A DNA stretch of 48,505 nt from a virus (lineage: Duplodnaviria > Caudoviricetes), in IMG/VR virus record IMGVR_UViG_3300010052_000211, positions 1 to 48,505 of that record. One strand, 5' to 3'. The position numbers and the translations under genes are program-made. The notes beneath the pieces were generated by a model. It saw nothing but the letters and a program-made list of their open reading frames with translations. It was not told where the DNA came from and did no database searches. Positions 46,177 to 48,505 of this stretch are shown one piece after another (the stretch's first letter is position 1; the number at the start of each line of letters is the position of its first letter).

Positions 46177-46191
46177 GAACGCGCCGTGAAC
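46177..46191 (-). promoter_or_regulatory. Alphaproteobacterial LexA (SOS) box
   Basis: GAAC-gcgccgt-GAAC, which is GTTC-N7-GTTC on the minus strand. Confidence 0.7.
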
Positions 46192-46347
46192 AAATTGACG
46201 GGACTTTCTACGGGACTCTCGGTGCCGGTTGGTGCATTTGGCCTCGATTTGTTTCACTTTTCCGGCGCCGCGCAAATCGGGCAAAACCCTCGAAAACATA
46301 AGGATTTTCGCGTCTTTCCGGCGGCGCGCAAAACTGCGACCGTGAGG

Positions 46348-46393
46348 TTTGGGAGCAGAGGGTCGCAGGTTCAAATCCTGCCGCTCCGACCAA
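46348..46393 (+). repeat. attR core (46 bp; duplicated tRNA-Pro 3' half)
   Basis: Identical to 615-660; identity starts at the anticodon loop. Confidence 0.96.
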
Positions 46394-46914
46394 CCCTGAA
46401 CCCCGTCTCGCTGGCTCGATAGACATCGCCGTACGCCATGCGTTGCGACGACGATCCAATCCGGTCCGGGCTCTTGCATTATGCGACAGGCGACGGCGCC
46501 GATGCGGCAAACCGGCGGTGTGCGGCTTGCGGGAGAGGGTTTGCTGACGCTGTGGTAGCTGGCTCAAGCCAAAAGGCTTCCCGAAATTTATATCGCTCGC
46601 AGACCGGTCGCGATGGGCCGGCGCCGGCTTCGGCCGCTGCTTATCCCCAGTTCTGTCGCTGATCCGGCTCCGATTCGACTCGAGGTCTCCTCTTCAAGCT
46701 TTTGAATCGGCCGGCGAATCGCGGTGTTTACGGCCTTCATGTGACACAAGATCATAATCTATGATTTAGACTTGATATTACTTGCCGCTACGGGGGATAT
46801 TTTCTCGGAAAGCTACGAAATTTATGAGTTGGTTATGCGTTCAACTTCAAGTTTTATCATGCAACCGCATATTCAAGTGCGGGCTTCCCGCGGCGTCACT
46901 CCATAGTCGCCGCA

Positions 46915-48117
46915 ATGCCAACCGTTGTTCTCACCGCGAGTTTTGTGCGTTCCGCATCGTGTCCCACCGACGCGAAGAAGGTCGATTTTTTCGACGGTGG
47001 GCAGCGCGGGTTCCTGCTCGAGGTCCGCTGTTCAGGCGGCAAGACTTTTTATCAGCGCTATTCGGATGCCCGTGGACGCGCGCGGCAATTCAAGATCGGG
47101 CCGGCCGACGTTCTCACGCTCGATCAGGCGCGGCGCAAAGCGCGGCATATTCTCGCGCAGGCGGTGCTCGGCACGGATCCGCAGAAGCAGCGGCAGGAAG
47201 CGCGCGCCATTCCGCGGCTCGCACAGTTCGCGCAGGATCGCTATCTGCCCTACGTCCAGACCTACAAGAACAGCTGGCAGACCGACGAGACGGTTTTACG
47301 TGTCCATATCCTGCCGCGGCTTGGATCGCTGGCGCTCGATGAAGTCACGACCGATGCGATCTCGGACGTGATCGCGCGCATGCGCGAGAGCGGATACGCC
47401 ACCGGCACCATGAACCGCGTGATCGTCATCTTGCGCTACATGTTCAATCTAGCGCGCAAGTGGAAGGTGCCGGGCGTCACCGACAATCCCGCCAGCGCTC
47501 TCTCCGCCGGCCCCGACGTCCAGCGCAATCGCTTCCTCAGCGAGACCGAGGTCGAGTGTCTGGTCGATGCGATCCGCAAGGATGAGAACCAGACGGCCGC
47601 GCGCGCGATCCTGCTGCTGCTGCTCACGGGCGCGCGGCGCAATGAGATCACCTTCGCGCGTTGGGATTATGTCGACTGGGACAATCGCACGCTGCTGGTG
47701 CCGCGCTCGAAGTCCGGGCGCGCGCGCGTGATCGCCCTCAATCAGGCGGCGATCGCGCTGTTGCAGGCGGCGCCGCGGATTGCCGGCAATCCGTACATCC
47801 TGCCGTCGCCGGTCAATGGCCGGCCGTCGCCATCGCTATTCTTTCCCTGGGATCGCATCCGCAAGCGGGCAGGGCTTGAAGATGTGCGGCTGCACGATTT
47901 GCGGCATTCCTTTGCGAGCTTCCTCGTCAATCGCGGCGTGTCGCTTTACGTCGTGCAAGGACTGCTCGGTCACCTGCATGCGCGCACGACACAGCGCTAC
48001 GCGCATCTCACCCGTGAGACGTTGAGCGATGCCGCCGATCTCATGCAGGACGTTGTCGCGGGGCCGCTGAAAGGCGGATTGCCGGATGCGGGTGCAACAG
48101 CGAGCCCGACGAATTAA
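46915..48117 (+). CDS. Second tyrosine integrase (P4-like, arm-binding N-terminus), outside the prophage
   Basis: 'GGKTFYQRY...FKIG...LTLDQAR', 'TGARRNE', 'KSG', 'LHDLRHSFAS', 'LLGH...TQRYAH'. Confidence 0.92.
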   Translation: MPTVVLTASFVRSASCPTDAKKVDFFDGGQRGFLLEVRCSGGKTFYQRYSDARGRARQFKIGPADVLTLDQARRKARHILAQAVLGTDPQKQRQEARAIPRLAQFAQDRYLPYVQTYKNSWQTDETVLRVHILPRLGSLALDEVTTDAISDVIARMRESGYATGTMNRVIVILRYMFNLARKWKVPGVTDNPASALSAGPDVQRNRFLSETEVECLVDAIRKDENQTAARAILLLLLTGARRNEITFARWDYVDWDNRTLLVPRSKSGRARVIALNQAAIALLQAAPRIAGNPYILPSPVNGRPSPSLFFPWDRIRKRAGLEDVRLHDLRHSFASFLVNRGVSLYVVQGLLGHLHARTTQRYAHLTRETLSDAADLMQDVVAGPLKGGLPDAGATASPTN

Positions 48118-48146
48118 ATAAAAATTGAGGACTGCGGTTTAACCGT

Positions 48147-48181
48147 AACGGCGCTTCGCTTGCGAAGCGCCGTTTTTGTTT
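48147..48181 (+). terminator. Intrinsic terminator
   Basis: AACGGCGCTTCGC-tt-GCGAAGCGCCGTT followed by TTTGTTT. Confidence 0.8.
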
Positions 48182-48394
48182 GTCGTTTTGCTGCGCGTAA
48201 AAACGCCGCCCGACGCTATACCGACCGATGGCTCGCAAGCGTTGGCGATCCTGACGGACGAAACCGGAAAGGCGTCAATGCGCTGACCGGCGGCTCGACC
48301 TTCGCGGGCCCGAAAAGGCCGAGGCGCGCGCCGATGCCTTGCGGGCGTATCGCCCGATCGCTGCGGGATAATTCCGCAGAGCATTCAACGGGCG

Positions 48395-48505
48395 ATGTTC
48401 GGTCGTTTGGCCAAACCGGTCCAGTACGTGAAGATTTGCTCTCTGTATGGCGCGGGTTTCTATTACATCCCGGGCACGGATATCTGCTTGAAGGTCGGCG
48501 GTTGG
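48395..48505 (+). pseudogene. Omp2/RopA-type porin N-terminus lacking a signal peptide; runs off the window
   Basis: (MFGRL)AKPVQYVKICSLYGAGFYYIPGTDICLKVGGW; no hydrophobic leader in frame back to at least 48302. Confidence 0.7.

Larger units (their letters stand above)
615..46393. mobile_element. Intact-looking temperate siphovirus prophage, HK97-like head, ~45.8 kb
   Basis: Bounded by an exact 46-bp direct repeat of the tRNA 3' half; contains integrase, immunity, replication, packaging, head, tail and lysis modules with no obvious disruption. Confidence 0.96.

Noticed and set aside
46348-46393. Second tRNA-Pro gene
   Set aside because: Only the 3' half is present; upstream bases cannot form the D-arm or acceptor stem. 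It is attR.
1-48505. CRISPR array, rRNA or IS element
   Set aside because: No regularly spaced repeats, rRNA-like sequence or transposase motifs seen.

Overview
The window holds an apparently complete ~45.8 kb HK97-like siphoviral prophage (615-46393) in a high-GC alphaproteobacterial host, probably Hyphomicrobiales. It is integrated in tRNA-Pro(TGG) with an exact 46-bp att duplication. Modules in order: integrase/xis, a leftward early operon, the CI/Cro switch with 17-bp operators, a rightward early/replication operon, a NusG-type late regulator, HNH-terminase-portal-ClpP-capsid, tail genes with a -1 frameshift, fibre genes, a two-gene enzyme moron, lysis, and a LexA-box-preceded operon next to attR. 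Host flanks carry a DUF192 gene, a second tyrosine integrase and a signal-peptide-less porin fragment. Highlights: (1) a tail-fibre/discoidin protein with a Sec signal peptide and 14 cysteines in 7 local pairs, suggesting a periplasm-folded fibre; (2) a GT42/Maf-like glycosyltransferase coupled into the head operon, suggesting virion glycosylation; (3) a 2OG-dioxygenase plus TylF-like O-methyltransferase moron; (4) a peptidase-less CI alongside an SOS-box operon, suggesting antirepressor induction; (5) four orphan DNA methyltransferases; (6) a structured non-coding leader on an unannotated 43-aa ORF. All product calls come from reading motifs by eye; no database searches were run.
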